Source: Opitutales bacterium
GTDB taxonomy: Bacteria; Verrucomicrobiota; Verrucomicrobiia; Opitutales; UBA2987
DNA: 64,000 nt
Assembly (NCBI GenBank): GCA_965226885.1
Contig: CBDDEL010000009.1
Location: forward strand, 32,001-96,000
Direction: 5' to 3'
A program made the translations under genes and the position numbers. Within the stretch, counting starts at the first letter, position 1, and every line of letters begins with the position of its first letter. Under the pieces are notes generated by a model. That model made no database searches and was not told the DNA's origin. It worked only from the letters and a program-made list of their open reading frames with translations. Shown piece by piece: positions 43,429 through 54,239 of the stretch.

Positions 43429-45540
43429 TTAAAGCCCTTTATAGAGGTAAAGGGCAAAGGCCGTTAAAACCAGGGCCAGCATTACCCCTATCGACCAGCG
43501 CAGCTTTTTCCGGGGGCCGGGATAAATGCCGCGGCGGGTGAGGATGCGGGAGAGGCTGAAATTGAGGCGCATGGGTCCGTTGATGGCCCACCCGCAGGCT
43601 TCCAGAACCAGGCTGAGGTCGCGTTTTCCCAATTTTAAAAGGCTTAATATGGCCGGGGGCAAAAGAATGAACATGAGGAAAACCAGGGCGGTGTATAGGA
43701 TTGTGCCGAGGTCGACATTGGAAAGGGTGCTCGTGATAAACGCGAAGGAGGAGGATAGGGCAGCGATGGCCAACCCCCCGCCGGCCAGAAAACCGCCCAT
43801 GCCTCCACCGGCCGCAGCTGGGGCCGGGGCGACTGGTTTTGCCGTCACATTTTTATCGACGGCTGAAATGCCCTCCTTCAATTGGCTTTGAAAGGCTTGC
43901 TCACGGGTGGTCGAAATTTTTTCAATCTGCGAGGTAACGAGCTGACTGAGGCGTTTGAAAGGTCCCACAATGGCCTCCCGCACACCGATCGGATGGGCTG
44001 CGATTCTGACCACGGTGGCCTCCCAGTCGCAGCCGCCGCGATCGCGGAACAATCCATTTTTGCCCACCGCCAGGCGGTTGCTGGTTCCGCTCGTGACGGC
44101 CGCGGCAATCAGCCGTTTGCCGGTTCCGGGCGGGCCTTTCAGTTCGCAATACAATAAATAAATTCCTGCCTGCCCGGCTATGGCGGCATGTTTGGCCACA
44201 TCTTCAATATCTAGACATAGGTAAAAATCGCGACCGTCCATAGTCAATGTTCCGGCCTGGAAGATGGCATTTTTTTCCAGGTGGTAAAAATCGGGCAGGG
44301 CGACAAAATTGTTGGTCAGCCGGAATAAGTCACGGTGGAATCGCAAGAGCATTTCCACTTCCGCAATGGCTTCGATTTCGGCGGCAATTTTGCGGTCTTC
44401 GGCCATCATATTTTCGAGGGCATGCGGGCGGCTGGAGGCAAGTATGGCTTCTATGCGATCCAGCCCCAGTTTCTCGACTGCGCCTCCTGCTTTTGCCTTT
44501 AACCAGTCGGCGTAGGGGGCGAATTTGGATTTGATCAGGCCCCAATCCAGCTCAGTGATCCCATCTTTTTTATCTCCCAGTAACGGGACTACCGCCAATT
44601 CCTGAAACTTTTCCAAGGCCGAGGCATAATAGGGATTTAACTTGCCCGTTAGAGGCAAGCGGCCCTCGGCATTTATTTTGGCCAATGGGCTCTCTTTCAG
44701 GATATCATTGATTTTGGGAATGGAATCCGGATTGAGAGAAGAATAGTCACCTTGTGGTGAATTAAGAGGTTTTTCCGCTCTCTGATCAAATGAAACCAGG
44801 CGGCATTTGGCAAAAAATTCCTCGATGAGGCTTTCCAGGGCCTTCATGGAAGCAAAGGCGGCCTCCGTTTCATCGCCCAGAACGAGCAATGATGAGCGGG
44901 CCGATTCACCTCTTTGACGCCACTGCCGATAATTTTCCAGTGAGTTGAAAAATAGTTCAACTTTTTGCGAATCAACTCCTTGGGCGCCTCCACGGTCCGT
45001 TTCTCCGCCCACCGTGGCGAGAATCTCTTCGATCAAATGTTTTACTTCGGGGTCATCTGCGGCTTGGGGCGGAATAATCCCGTCGCCATTGTATTTGACG
45101 GCGGCAAAAATGCTTTCAGTGTCGAGTGTATCCGCCAGGTATATCTCCGTTGCTTCGGGTTTCCCCAGGTTGCTTAAGACTCGCCGGGCCGATTGCAGCA
45201 AGCGGGCCCCTTCTTCCGAGCCGTCGTCAATAAATTCGAGGGGCAAGGTATATTTGCCGTCGCTCAGGGAGTCGTGATTTTTAAGCCTCTTGAAAGTCCA
45301 CTCAAGGGCATCGATCAATTCCTGGCAGTGGATGCGCCCGTCGCCATCGGTATCGATCATGGCGAGGGTGGATTCATCAAATTCCAGCCCCTTGGTGGGG
45401 CAACTGAGGACCACCCACAGTTTATGGTCCAGAGGACCGATGAGCTTCAAATCCTGGCCCGTTTGAATCCGCAATTGCCTCATGCCGCCAGCTTTCCAGA
45501 ATCTTGGATTCGTATCGAATGATTGAGTTTCGGGGAGCAT
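43429..45540 (-). CDS. Hypothetical membrane-anchored protein with EF-hand-like loop
   Basis: 703 aa ORF, DTDGDGRIHCQE loop, NGDGII, C-terminal hydrophobic helices. Confidence 0.75.
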   Translation of the reverse strand: MLPETQSFDTNPRFWKAGGMRQLRIQTGQDLKLIGPLDHKLWVVLSCPTKGLEFDESTLAMIDTDGDGRIHCQELIDALEWTFKRLKNHDSLSDGKYTLPLEFIDDGSEEGARLLQSARRVLSNLGKPEATEIYLADTLDTESIFAAVKYNGDGIIPPQAADDPEVKHLIEEILATVGGETDRGGAQGVDSQKVELFFNSLENYRQWRQRGESARSSLLVLGDETEAAFASMKALESLIEEFFAKCRLVSFDQRAEKPLNSPQGDYSSLNPDSIPKINDILKESPLAKINAEGRLPLTGKLNPYYASALEKFQELAVVPLLGDKKDGITELDWGLIKSKFAPYADWLKAKAGGAVEKLGLDRIEAILASSRPHALENMMAEDRKIAAEIEAIAEVEMLLRFHRDLFRLTNNFVALPDFYHLEKNAIFQAGTLTMDGRDFYLCLDIEDVAKHAAIAGQAGIYLLYCELKGPPGTGKRLIAAAVTSGTSNRLAVGKNGLFRDRGGCDWEATVVRIAAHPIGVREAIVGPFKRLSQLVTSQIEKISTTREQAFQSQLKEGISAVDKNVTAKPVAPAPAAAGGGMGGFLAGGGLAIAALSSSFAFITSTLSNVDLGTILYTALVFLMFILLPPAILSLLKLGKRDLSLVLEACGWAINGPMRLNFSLSRILTRRGIYPGPRKKLRWSIGVMLALVLTAFALYLYKGL

Positions 45541-45663
45541 AATTTGTTAGTCAGAATGGATAAAAGGTTATTGGTTGACAAGCTTCATGTCTCTCTCTCG
45601 GATGGAGGTAATTTGCAGTAAAATTTAACAAACGACAACTTTTTGTCACGGCAGGGTGACTTA

Positions 45664-46341
45664 ATGGCAAAACGAAATAGGGAGAAAACCAGGGAAAAGA
45701 TCGTAAAGGGGGCGGTTGCCCTTTTGACCCGGACCGGATTCAAGGATTTCGGCATCAACAGCGTGGCTCGGGAAGCGGAATGCGACAAGGTACTTCTCTA
45801 TCGATATTTCGGCGATTTGGATGGGCTGCTGGCGGCGATGGCCGAATCCGTTCAGTTTTTTCCCGATCCGGATCGATTTTTGCGGGTCAGCGTGGGCGAA
45901 TCCGAATTTCGGACTGAAGCCGAGCGATTGGCATTACTCCTTTACGCCTACGCCAAAGAATTGCGCGAGCGACCCCTTACCGCTCAAATGATAAATTGGT
46001 TCGGCATGGTCGAAAATCCCATGGTGGATGCCTGCGATAATGCCCGTCGAGATTTTGAAGCAGTTTTGCTGGAAGAGGGAGATTCCTCGACGGATGATCG
46101 CAATGCCACCCGGTTAAAGATAGTTTCTCTTTTCATTAAAGGACTGGCAAGCGAATGCGGAAAAGCTGATCTTGACGACCTGGAAGAATGGAAACCCGTT
46201 TTCCGGCAAATGGGAGAATCTCTTTGGCCGTCCGGGGAAGTACATTCCGGGTTTGAAGATGACGAGGATGATAGCGAATACGGTATGGGTTCGGAAAAGA
46301 AACGGAGCGAGGAAGACGATTTCCCCTTCAGTCTTTTTTGA
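45664..46341 (+). CDS. TetR/AcrR family regulator with acidic tail
   Basis: RNREKTREKI, FGINSVAREAECDKVLLYRYFG helix-turn-helix. Confidence 0.88.
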   Translation: MAKRNREKTREKIVKGAVALLTRTGFKDFGINSVAREAECDKVLLYRYFGDLDGLLAAMAESVQFFPDPDRFLRVSVGESEFRTEAERLALLLYAYAKELRERPLTAQMINWFGMVENPMVDACDNARRDFEAVLLEEGDSSTDDRNATRLKIVSLFIKGLASECGKADLDDLEEWKPVFRQMGESLWPSGEVHSGFEDDEDDSEYGMGSEKKRSEEDDFPFSLF

Positions 46342-46424
46342 ATTTTTTCGGAATTGAAAATTATTTCGTGAGTGTATTGCCAAGGGTTGCGGCGAGGACA
46401 CACTGGTGGACAATTTAGGGCGTG

Positions 46425-46570
46425 TTAACACTTCGATTCAATTCAGCTTAAAAGCGTCTTTTTGGCCAAAAAAGGTGCTCATCAACTCGACGAATACCTA
46501 TTCGCCTCGCCTCTTCACATCATTTTTGGCTCGAAAATCCATCTTTTATCTTCGTTTCTCGAAGTGTTAA
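46425..46570. repeat. 146-bp imperfect palindrome (MITE/REP-like)
   Basis: Perfect terminal IR TTAACACTTCGA / TCGAAGTGTTAA plus internal GCCAAAAA / TTTTTGGC arms. Confidence 0.6.
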
Positions 46571-46586
46571 AACACCCTAATAAAAA

Positions 46587-49500
46587 TTGTCCCACCGAAT
46601 GAAAAAACGCAGCCATGAATGCATTCGCCTGCGCGGCGCCCGGCAAAACAACCTGAAGGGTTTCGACCTGGATTTGCGGCTGGGCCAATTGGTTGTAGTG
46701 ACCGGTTTAAGCGGATCGGGAAAATCCTCCCTGGCGTTGGAAACCTTGCATGCGGAAGGGCAGCGGCGCTATGTGGAAACTTTCAGCCCCTACACCCGGC
46801 AATTCCTGGAAATGCTCGACCGGCCCAAGGTGGACGATATCGAAAACATTCATCCCTCCATCGCCATCGAGCAGAGCAATACGGTTAAAACATCGCGTTC
46901 CACAGTCGGGACGATGACCGAGTTGACGGATTTTTTTAAAATCTGGTTTTGCCATATGGCCGCCCTTTACGACCCCGAATCAGGTGAAAAAATCGAGGAC
47001 GACAATCCTGAATCGATCTGGAAGAAAACCGTTGCCAATTGGCCCAACCGTTCAGTTTTGATCACCTTTGGGGTGGACCGGCCGAAAAGCCTCTCGTGGG
47101 AAGAAATTTTTGGCTCCCTGCAAAAGCAGGGCTACTCCCGGCTGGTGCTGCCAAACGGGATTGCCAGGATGGAGGCAACCGACCCCGGCTCCTTGGGCGA
47201 AGAATCTATTCTTGTTCTGCAGGACCGCCTGAAAGTGGAAACGCCCAGCCGATCCCGTTTTTTGGAATCGACTCGGACGGCCCTGCATTTCGGGCAGGGA
47301 CAAATCTCGATCTTAAATACGCGGGGGAAAGTATTGGGCAAATTTTCCGAGGGGCTCCATTCACCTGTCAGCGGCCGTTCCTTTCGCCCCGCCAGTGCGG
47401 CTCTATTTTCTTTTAACTCACCTTTGGGAGCCTGCCCCAGATGCCGGGGGTTTGGGCGTATTATAGAGATCGACTACCGGCTCGTTATCCCGGATGAAGG
47501 GCTCAGCATCGCAGAAGGGGCCATCCGCGCTTTCGGCGGGGCCGTTTACAGCGAAAGCCAGAAAGACCTCCTGCGGGCCAGTAAAAAACCAGGCATCCGC
47601 ACCCATGTTCCATTTTGCGACCTGACCCCGAGGGAGAAAGATTTCGTCCTCGACGGGGATCCCGATTACGGACGGGACAAGGCGGTCTGGCCGCGGGCCT
47701 GGTACGGGGTGAAGCGTTTTTTCGATTGGCTGCAAACCAACACCTACAAAATGCATGTGCGGGTATTTCTCTCCAAATACCGGGCTTATACGCGCTGTCC
47801 CAATTGCCAGGGGGCGCGCCTGCAGCCGGAGGCCCTGAACTGGAAATGGCGCCGCCGGACCCTGCCCCAACTCTACCGTCTGACCGTCAGTGAGCTTCTC
47901 GAACTGGTGGAAAAATACCATAAGCCGACCGGCAATCATCAGACCGATATCGCCGCCGAATCCATCCTTTCCCGATTGCGATATCTGGAACAGGTCGGCC
48001 TCGGATACCTCAATCTGGATCGTACCTCGCGCTCCCTCTCCGGCGGCGAGGTGGAGAGAGTCAATTTAACCTCCTGTCTGGGCACTTCCTTGGTCGATAC
48101 CCTGTTCGTGCTCGATGAACCCTCGGTGGGGCTCCATTCCAGAGACATCAATCGGCTCATCGCTATTTTAAAAAGCCTCACCTCGAACGGAAACACGGTG
48201 GTGGTGGTGGAACACGATGAAGCCATCATGCGAGCGGCCGACCGGATAATCGAACTCGGCCCACTGCCCGGTAATGATGGCGGCCGGTTGACTTTTACGG
48301 GAAAAATGGACGCGCTTCTTCGTCATCCCGATTCCATTACCGGGGCCTATTTATCGGGAAAGGAAGAAATTTCCCTGCCTTCAGCCCGCAGACCGGTAGC
48401 TGCTAATTATAAGCCGAAAAAACGGAGGACTGCGCCATCCGGTCAACTGGGGTTTTCCGGCGTTTCCAAGCACAATATTGGCAACCTGAATTTTCACATT
48501 CCTTTGCGTCGGCTGGTTTGTCTGAGCGGGGTTTCCGGTTCGGGTAAATCGACCCTTCTGGACAATGTTATTTATCAGGGCATACAAGCCCACCGGGGTA
48601 AAGTAGTGGAGGACCCGGCCAAAATTGGAAAAATCACGGGCCTGAAGGAATTGTCGGAAATCGTTCTCGTCAGCCAGGCCCCGGTGAGCCGCACCCCGCG
48701 GTCAAACGCAGCCCTTTATTGCGATGCGTGGAACCCGATCCGGGAGCTTTTTGCCCAAACCGAGGAAGCCGTTGCGGGAGGGCTTTGCCCTTCCAGTTTT
48801 TCCTTCAACAGTGGGGATGGGCGCTGCCCCCAATGCCAGGGGCTGGGCTATGAGCGGATCGAAATGCAATTCATGGCCGACGTATATGTCACCTGCCCGA
48901 CTTGCGATGGCCTAAGGTTCCGGCCCGAAGTGCTGGCTGTCCGTTACAGGGAAAGGAGCATTGCCGGTGTCCTGCAATTGAATGTAAGCCAGGCGGTTGA
49001 GTTTTTTGGAGACAGCCCGAAAATTTGCTACCGCCTGCAATCCCTGGAAAATGTTGGTCTGGGCTACCTGCCGTTGGGCCAGCCGCTCAACACTCTCAGC
49101 GGCGGGGAATCGCAGCGGCTGAAACTGGTAAAATATTTGGGTGGTCTCAGTCTTGATGCCGACAACGCCCTTCTTTTACTGGATGAACCGACCACGGGTC
49201 TGCACCGGCACGATGTGCGGCGGCTGATTGGCGTTTTGCAAAAACTGGTTGAGCGTGGGCACAGCCTGGTGGTCATCGAGCATCAAATGGACATCCTCAA
49301 GTCGGCCGACTGGATTCTTGAAATGGGCCCCGAGGCAGGGGCGGGGGGCGGGAAAATCGTTTTCGCGGGAACCCCGGAGCAACTGGCTCGAAAACCGACC
49401 CCGAGCGCTTCTTATATGGCCGAAGCGCTACTATCGTCGGGCAATGGGCGAAAGGCGAAAAAAGGAAAACGCGGTCTTATCCGTTTCCCAGAGGCGCCAG

Positions 49501-52241
49501 TGTCCTTGGTAGCTGAAGATGGGGCCGAATACGAGGGGCATTCAACACCTCAATCGGTGAACATCGTGGGGGCCAGGGAGCATAACCTGAAAAACCTTTC
49601 ATTGCAGATTCCCCTTCGTGAAATTTCCGTTATCACGGGTATATCCGGCTCGGGAAAATCTTCGCTCGCTTTCGACATCATTTTCGCCGAGGGCCAGCGG
49701 CGTTTCATGGAATCAATGTCGGCTTATGCGCGGCAGTTCGTCGAGCAGATGCCCCGGCCGGATATCGACCGTTTGAGCGGCATCCCGCCAACAGTGGCCA
49801 TTGAGCAGCGCGTCACTTACGGGACGAGCAAATCCACCGTGGCTACCATTACGGAAGTGGCTCAGTATTTGCGTCTGCTCATGGCCAGGATCGGGGTGCC
49901 GCACAGCGTTCGCTCCGGCCGCCCCTTGATCGCGCAAAAGCCAACCGTATTATTGCGGCGGTTGAACGAAATTCTGCGGGAGCGGCATTCGCCCGGGAAA
50001 AGGGGAAAGTTTCCTCTTTACCTGTGCGCACCGGTTGTTCGGGGGCGCAAGGGGCACCATCAGCCATTGGCCAATTGGGCTGCCGACCATGGCTATGAAA
50101 GGTTGCGAATCGACGGGCAATTTGTGGCTATCGAGCATTTTCAAAAACTCGACCGCTACAAGGAGCACGACATCGAGGTTGCGGTGGAAAAAATCATTCC
50201 CGGTGGCGACGACGTGCCGAAGGCGAAAAGGAAGACTCTGGACGAAGCCTTGCGTTTGGGTAAGGGGGCCTGTTTTTTGGCCCGACCGGGGGGTAAAATT
50301 ACCTCCTGGTTTTCCACCACTCGGACCGACCCGGAAACGGGTGAATCCTATCCTGAACTGGACCCGAAGCATTTTTCCTGGAATTCAAAAAGAGGGTGGT
50401 GCCCGACATGCCGGGGTCATGGACGCATTTATGAATGGATGGCCTCGGATGAGGATTATCCGGCTTCCGTTCAAAACCTGGCCAACGGGTCCATTTGCCC
50501 GGATTGCCGTGGAGGCCGCCTGAACGCGGTGAGCCGGGCGGTGCGGGTATTCCAGAAAAACGGCACTATTCTAAATTTGCCCGAATTGCTGCAACAGACG
50601 CCCACCGAATTGATTCAGCGGCTGCAACGGCTCAAGCTGGATCGCCGGGGCAAAGCCATTGTCGATAGTCTTTTGCCTGAAATCATCGACCGGCTTCAGT
50701 TCATGGGCGATTTGGGCTTGAATTATCTTACCCTGGACCGGGCCACGGCTACTTTGTCGGGCGGTGAAGCGCAGCGGATTCGCCTGGCGGCCCAACTCGG
50801 CTCGAATTTATCCGGCGTTCTTTATGTCCTCGACGAGCCATCCATAGGTCTCCACGCGAGGGACAATTCGAGGCTTTTAAAATCCCTGCAAAAGCTGAAG
50901 GAAAAGGGGAACACTCTGATTATTGTCGAGCACGACGAGGAAACCATGCAAGCGGCGGACCGCATTTTCGACCTCGGTCCGGGAGCGGGATTGCATGGCG
51001 GGCAGCTACTCGCTACCGGGTCGTTAAAGGCCATCAGGAAAAACAAGGCCTCTTTGACGGGAAAGTTTTTACGCAACGGGATAACGCATCCGAGACGTGG
51101 GAGATACCGGCCCTTGCCAACTCCCTACCGCCCCAGAAAGGGATTGAGGGAAAATTGGCTGGTTTTGAAGAAAGCCTCGCTTCGCAATTTGAAGGGCGAA
51201 GATTTGTTTTTGCCTCTGGGACGACTCATCATGGTCTGTGGCATCTCCGGGGCGGGAAAATCAACCATTATTCGCGATTTGCTCAAACCTGTCGTCAGTT
51301 ATCTGGCAAAGGAAAGGCTGGACGGGATCAGCGGCCCCAAATTTTCGCGGTTGGGCCGGATCGAGAGGGATGGCAAAGCTGGTGACGGTCCGCCCTTTCG
51401 GCAGATCGCCGTCGGGACGGGTTTTCGCCAGGTGATAGAAGTCACGCAAAGCCCGATCGGCAAAACCCCGCGCTCGACTCCGGCCACGTATATGGGGGCG
51501 TTCGGTATCATTCGGGAGCTTTTTCAAATGCTGCCCGAAGCCCGTTTACAGGGGCATACCGCGAGCACTTATTCCTTCAACACAAAAGGCGGGCGCTGCG
51601 AATCCTGCAAGGGGGCAGGGCGCATCAAACTGGCTATGAATTTTCTGCCCGACACCTATGTTGATTGCGAAGTTTGCCAGGGCAGGCGTTATGCGGCGGA
51701 ATTGGCCGACATTCGGTTGCAGGGTAAAAATATCGCCGATGTCATGAACCTGACCTTCGAGGAGGCGGCCGAGGTGTTTCAATTTCATGGGCGGTTGAAG
51801 GCCATGCTGGGGCTGATGGTGAAAACGGGGCTCGGTTATTTGACCTTAGGCCAAAGCAGCCCCACCTTGTCCGGCGGGGAGGCGCAGCGCCTCAAACTGG
51901 TGAGCGAACTGGCCAAAGGGCTGACTATTCAATCCCGCAAAATGAACCCCGTCAACGGGCGCAACCTCTACATTATGGAAGAGCCGACCATCGGCCTGCA
52001 CATGAGCGATTGCGAAAAATTAATCGATGTCCTACACAACCTGGTGGACCAGGGTCACACCGTTATTGTAATCGAGCACCACCTCGATCTCATCGCGGAA
52101 GCCGATTACGTGGTCGAGATCGGCCCCGAAGGCGGCGACCAAGGAGGAGAAATCCTCTACCAGGGCCCCGTCATCGGCCTCTTAAAATGCAAACGAAGCC
52201 CCACCGCCCCCTATCTAAAAAGTAAATTGCCGATGGGATAA
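46587..52241 (+). CDS. uvrA: Excinuclease ABC subunit A, double-length (two fused UvrA units)
   Basis: GARQNNLK and GAREHNLK starts, four Walker A motifs, four LSGGE signatures, CxxC zinc modules. Confidence 0.93.
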   Translation: MSHRMKKRSHECIRLRGARQNNLKGFDLDLRLGQLVVVTGLSGSGKSSLALETLHAEGQRRYVETFSPYTRQFLEMLDRPKVDDIENIHPSIAIEQSNTVKTSRSTVGTMTELTDFFKIWFCHMAALYDPESGEKIEDDNPESIWKKTVANWPNRSVLITFGVDRPKSLSWEEIFGSLQKQGYSRLVLPNGIARMEATDPGSLGEESILVLQDRLKVETPSRSRFLESTRTALHFGQGQISILNTRGKVLGKFSEGLHSPVSGRSFRPASAALFSFNSPLGACPRCRGFGRIIEIDYRLVIPDEGLSIAEGAIRAFGGAVYSESQKDLLRASKKPGIRTHVPFCDLTPREKDFVLDGDPDYGRDKAVWPRAWYGVKRFFDWLQTNTYKMHVRVFLSKYRAYTRCPNCQGARLQPEALNWKWRRRTLPQLYRLTVSELLELVEKYHKPTGNHQTDIAAESILSRLRYLEQVGLGYLNLDRTSRSLSGGEVERVNLTSCLGTSLVDTLFVLDEPSVGLHSRDINRLIAILKSLTSNGNTVVVVEHDEAIMRAADRIIELGPLPGNDGGRLTFTGKMDALLRHPDSITGAYLSGKEEISLPSARRPVAANYKPKKRRTAPSGQLGFSGVSKHNIGNLNFHIPLRRLVCLSGVSGSGKSTLLDNVIYQGIQAHRGKVVEDPAKIGKITGLKELSEIVLVSQAPVSRTPRSNAALYCDAWNPIRELFAQTEEAVAGGLCPSSFSFNSGDGRCPQCQGLGYERIEMQFMADVYVTCPTCDGLRFRPEVLAVRYRERSIAGVLQLNVSQAVEFFGDSPKICYRLQSLENVGLGYLPLGQPLNTLSGGESQRLKLVKYLGGLSLDADNALLLLDEPTTGLHRHDVRRLIGVLQKLVERGHSLVVIEHQMDILKSADWILEMGPEAGAGGGKIVFAGTPEQLARKPTPSASYMAEALLSSGNGRKAKKGKRGLIRFPEAPVSLVAEDGAEYEGHSTPQSVNIVGAREHNLKNLSLQIPLREISVITGISGSGKSSLAFDIIFAEGQRRFMESMSAYARQFVEQMPRPDIDRLSGIPPTVAIEQRVTYGTSKSTVATITEVAQYLRLLMARIGVPHSVRSGRPLIAQKPTVLLRRLNEILRERHSPGKRGKFPLYLCAPVVRGRKGHHQPLANWAADHGYERLRIDGQFVAIEHFQKLDRYKEHDIEVAVEKIIPGGDDVPKAKRKTLDEALRLGKGACFLARPGGKITSWFSTTRTDPETGESYPELDPKHFSWNSKRGWCPTCRGHGRIYEWMASDEDYPASVQNLANGSICPDCRGGRLNAVSRAVRVFQKNGTILNLPELLQQTPTELIQRLQRLKLDRRGKAIVDSLLPEIIDRLQFMGDLGLNYLTLDRATATLSGGEAQRIRLAAQLGSNLSGVLYVLDEPSIGLHARDNSRLLKSLQKLKEKGNTLIIVEHDEETMQAADRIFDLGPGAGLHGGQLLATGSLKAIRKNKASLTGKFLRNGITHPRRGRYRPLPTPYRPRKGLRENWLVLKKASLRNLKGEDLFLPLGRLIMVCGISGAGKSTIIRDLLKPVVSYLAKERLDGISGPKFSRLGRIERDGKAGDGPPFRQIAVGTGFRQVIEVTQSPIGKTPRSTPATYMGAFGIIRELFQMLPEARLQGHTASTYSFNTKGGRCESCKGAGRIKLAMNFLPDTYVDCEVCQGRRYAAELADIRLQGKNIADVMNLTFEEAAEVFQFHGRLKAMLGLMVKTGLGYLTLGQSSPTLSGGEAQRLKLVSELAKGLTIQSRKMNPVNGRNLYIMEEPTIGLHMSDCEKLIDVLHNLVDQGHTVIVIEHHLDLIAEADYVVEIGPEGGDQGGEILYQGPVIGLLKCKRSPTAPYLKSKLPMG

Positions 52242-52274
52242 AATCAAAAGGATCAACCCGATCTCTTTGGACTT

Positions 52275-52490
52275 TTATGCGGTCTGGATTTCGATGTAGC
52301 CCGTCTCAGAATGCGGTAACGGAATCGATTCGCCATCCTCGCGCATGCCTTGCAGATGAAATTCAATTGCTTCCTGGATGAGTTGCACCGCTTCTTCCCG
52401 AGTCTCGCCCACGGCGACGCAACCGGGTAAATCCGGGACATAGGCACCCCATGAGGTCTCGCCCTTTTCTATCACAATGGCATATTTCAT
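52275..52490 (-). CDS. hicB: HicB family antitoxin (short form)
   Basis: YVPDLPGCVAVGETREEA...EAIEFHL; ATGA overlap with hicA. Confidence 0.9.
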   Translation of the reverse strand: MKYAIVIEKGETSWGAYVPDLPGCVAVGETREEAVQLIQEAIEFHLQGMREDGESIPLPHSETGYIEIQTA

Positions 52491-52675
52491 TTTTCTAATC
52501 CTGACTGTTTTAAAATACTTTTAAGCGTTCCGGGAGGAATATCAACACTTGGTTTTCCGGAAACCGTCACCTTGCCTCGCTTCTCTGGGTTTTTCAGTTG
52601 ACGGTGGCTACCCCGAGTTCGGGAAACATACCAGCCGTCATTTTGCAATATACGGAGTATTTCCCTTACTTTCAT
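52487..52675 (-). CDS. hicA: HicA family mRNA interferase toxin
   Basis: LQNDGW, RGSHRQL, VTVSG, GTLKSILKQSGL. Confidence 0.92.
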   Translation of the reverse strand: MKVREILRILQNDGWYVSRTRGSHRQLKNPEKRGKVTVSGKPSVDIPPGTLKSILKQSGLEK

Positions 52676-52724
52676 CTATTGTATTCCCATATGGTGTCTA
52701 AACCGAGTCTTTGGTGAGGCATCC

Positions 52725-54052
52725 TGACGTGTACTGGATTTGTTGGACACGGGATTCTCTTATATTCATTGTTTATTGATTAGTGTGTCAGGCGGCTTGT
52801 TTTGGTAAAGGGTTTTGTTTTCTCGTTGCCCCCCATGGGGGGCAAATATTTTCCTCGAATTGGACTGGGCTTTGGTAACTCAGAGAGGAATGTTTGCGAT
52901 ATCGGTTGTAGAAGATTTCCACGTATTCGAAGACAGTTGATCGCAGTTCGCGCTCGTCGGCAAAGTGGCGGCCTCGAATCGTGCTGGTCTTGAAGCGGCC
53001 GTAGAACGATTCCATGGCCGCGTTGTCGTAGCAGTTGCCTTGGGCGCTCATGCTCGGCTTCATGCCTAGTTCAGAGACCAGCCTCTGATAGTCGTCGCTG
53101 GCGTAGGGGCTGCCCCGATCGCTGTGATGAATAATCCCGGTGCGCAGTGTGCCGCGGGTCATGGCCGCGGCTTTGAGGGCCTTGCCAACCAGCTTCGCGT
53201 CGTTGTGGTTGGAAACGCTCCAGCCCAGCAGGCGTCGGCTGAACAGGTCCATCACCGTGGCCAAGTACATCCAACCGGCCAGGGTCCGTAGGTAGGTCGT
53301 GTCCGCCACCCAGACCTCGTCGATATGGGTCGGCTGGCCATGCTTTTTAAGCACATTGGGGCTGTAACCATAGGGATGGTTACTGTTGGTTTTTAATGGC
53401 TTAAAGCGTTTACTCTGGGTGCTTTTGATTCCCATTTCACGCATCAGACGCAGAGCCCGGTCACGGCCGCAATCGATGCCCTCATCATCCTTCAGATGGC
53501 GGTGCATTGGCCGATGCCCATAGCGGCCCTTGGCCTCTTTGTGTACCTTCAGGATCGCCCCCTTGATTCCCTCGTCCTCGATCCGCCGGGCCGAGGGCGC
53601 TCGGTGCCTCCAGCAGTAATAGCCACTGCGACAAATCCCCATCGCCGAGCATATTTCCTCGATCTTGAAGCGCCCCTCGTTGTCTTTGACAAACTGGTAC
53701 TTCATTGTTCGTCCTTGGCAAAGTAGCCCACCGTTTTTTTTAGTATCTGGTTGATCCGCTCCGAGCGGCGCAGCTCTTTGCGAAGACGATCTATCTCGGC
53801 CGCCATCTCCTTCGGACTGCTCTGTCGCTTTGAGGTGGCTTCGCCCTGCTGATCGTCCAGATAGAGCCTCTTCCACCTATACAATTGGTTGGTGTTGACC
53901 CCAAGTTTGGTCGATACCTCGGTGGCGCTCAGACCATCGAGTATCATCAGTTGAACTGCCTCATTTTTGAACTCTATACTAAAGCGTCTTCTTCCCATGC
54001 TTCGATTCTCCATTTAGGAGAATCTCGTGTCCACTTTTTCCAGTGCACATCA
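52725..54052 (-). mobile_element. IS3-family element type A, copy 4
   Basis: Full ends; orfA 53702-54013, orfB 52788-53705; flanks TCC/CAA differ, so no TSD. Confidence 0.95.
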
Positions 54053-54239
54053 CAAATGGATAGTCTTTTATGCGGGATGTGATGGGACAGAATAATCCCA
54101 GGCCAATTCGCTTATTATAGGCTAATGGCGAAATTGTGATGGCGGGACGACGTCCTGACTGCTCATGACCGCGTTGAGGGTTGAAATCGAGCCATATAAT
54201 ATCTCCGCGCTTGGGCACATACGTTTTTTTAGCTACCAT
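54053..54239 (-). pseudogene. mazF: MazF/PemK toxin, 3'-truncated by IS3-A
   Basis: YVPKRGDIIWLDFNPQRGHEQSGRRPA...CPITS...YPF; remainder absent beyond the IS. Confidence 0.9.

Noticed and set aside
52253..52724. hicAB as an integron cassette
   Set aside because: No RYYYAAC...GTTRRRY site downstream of hicB
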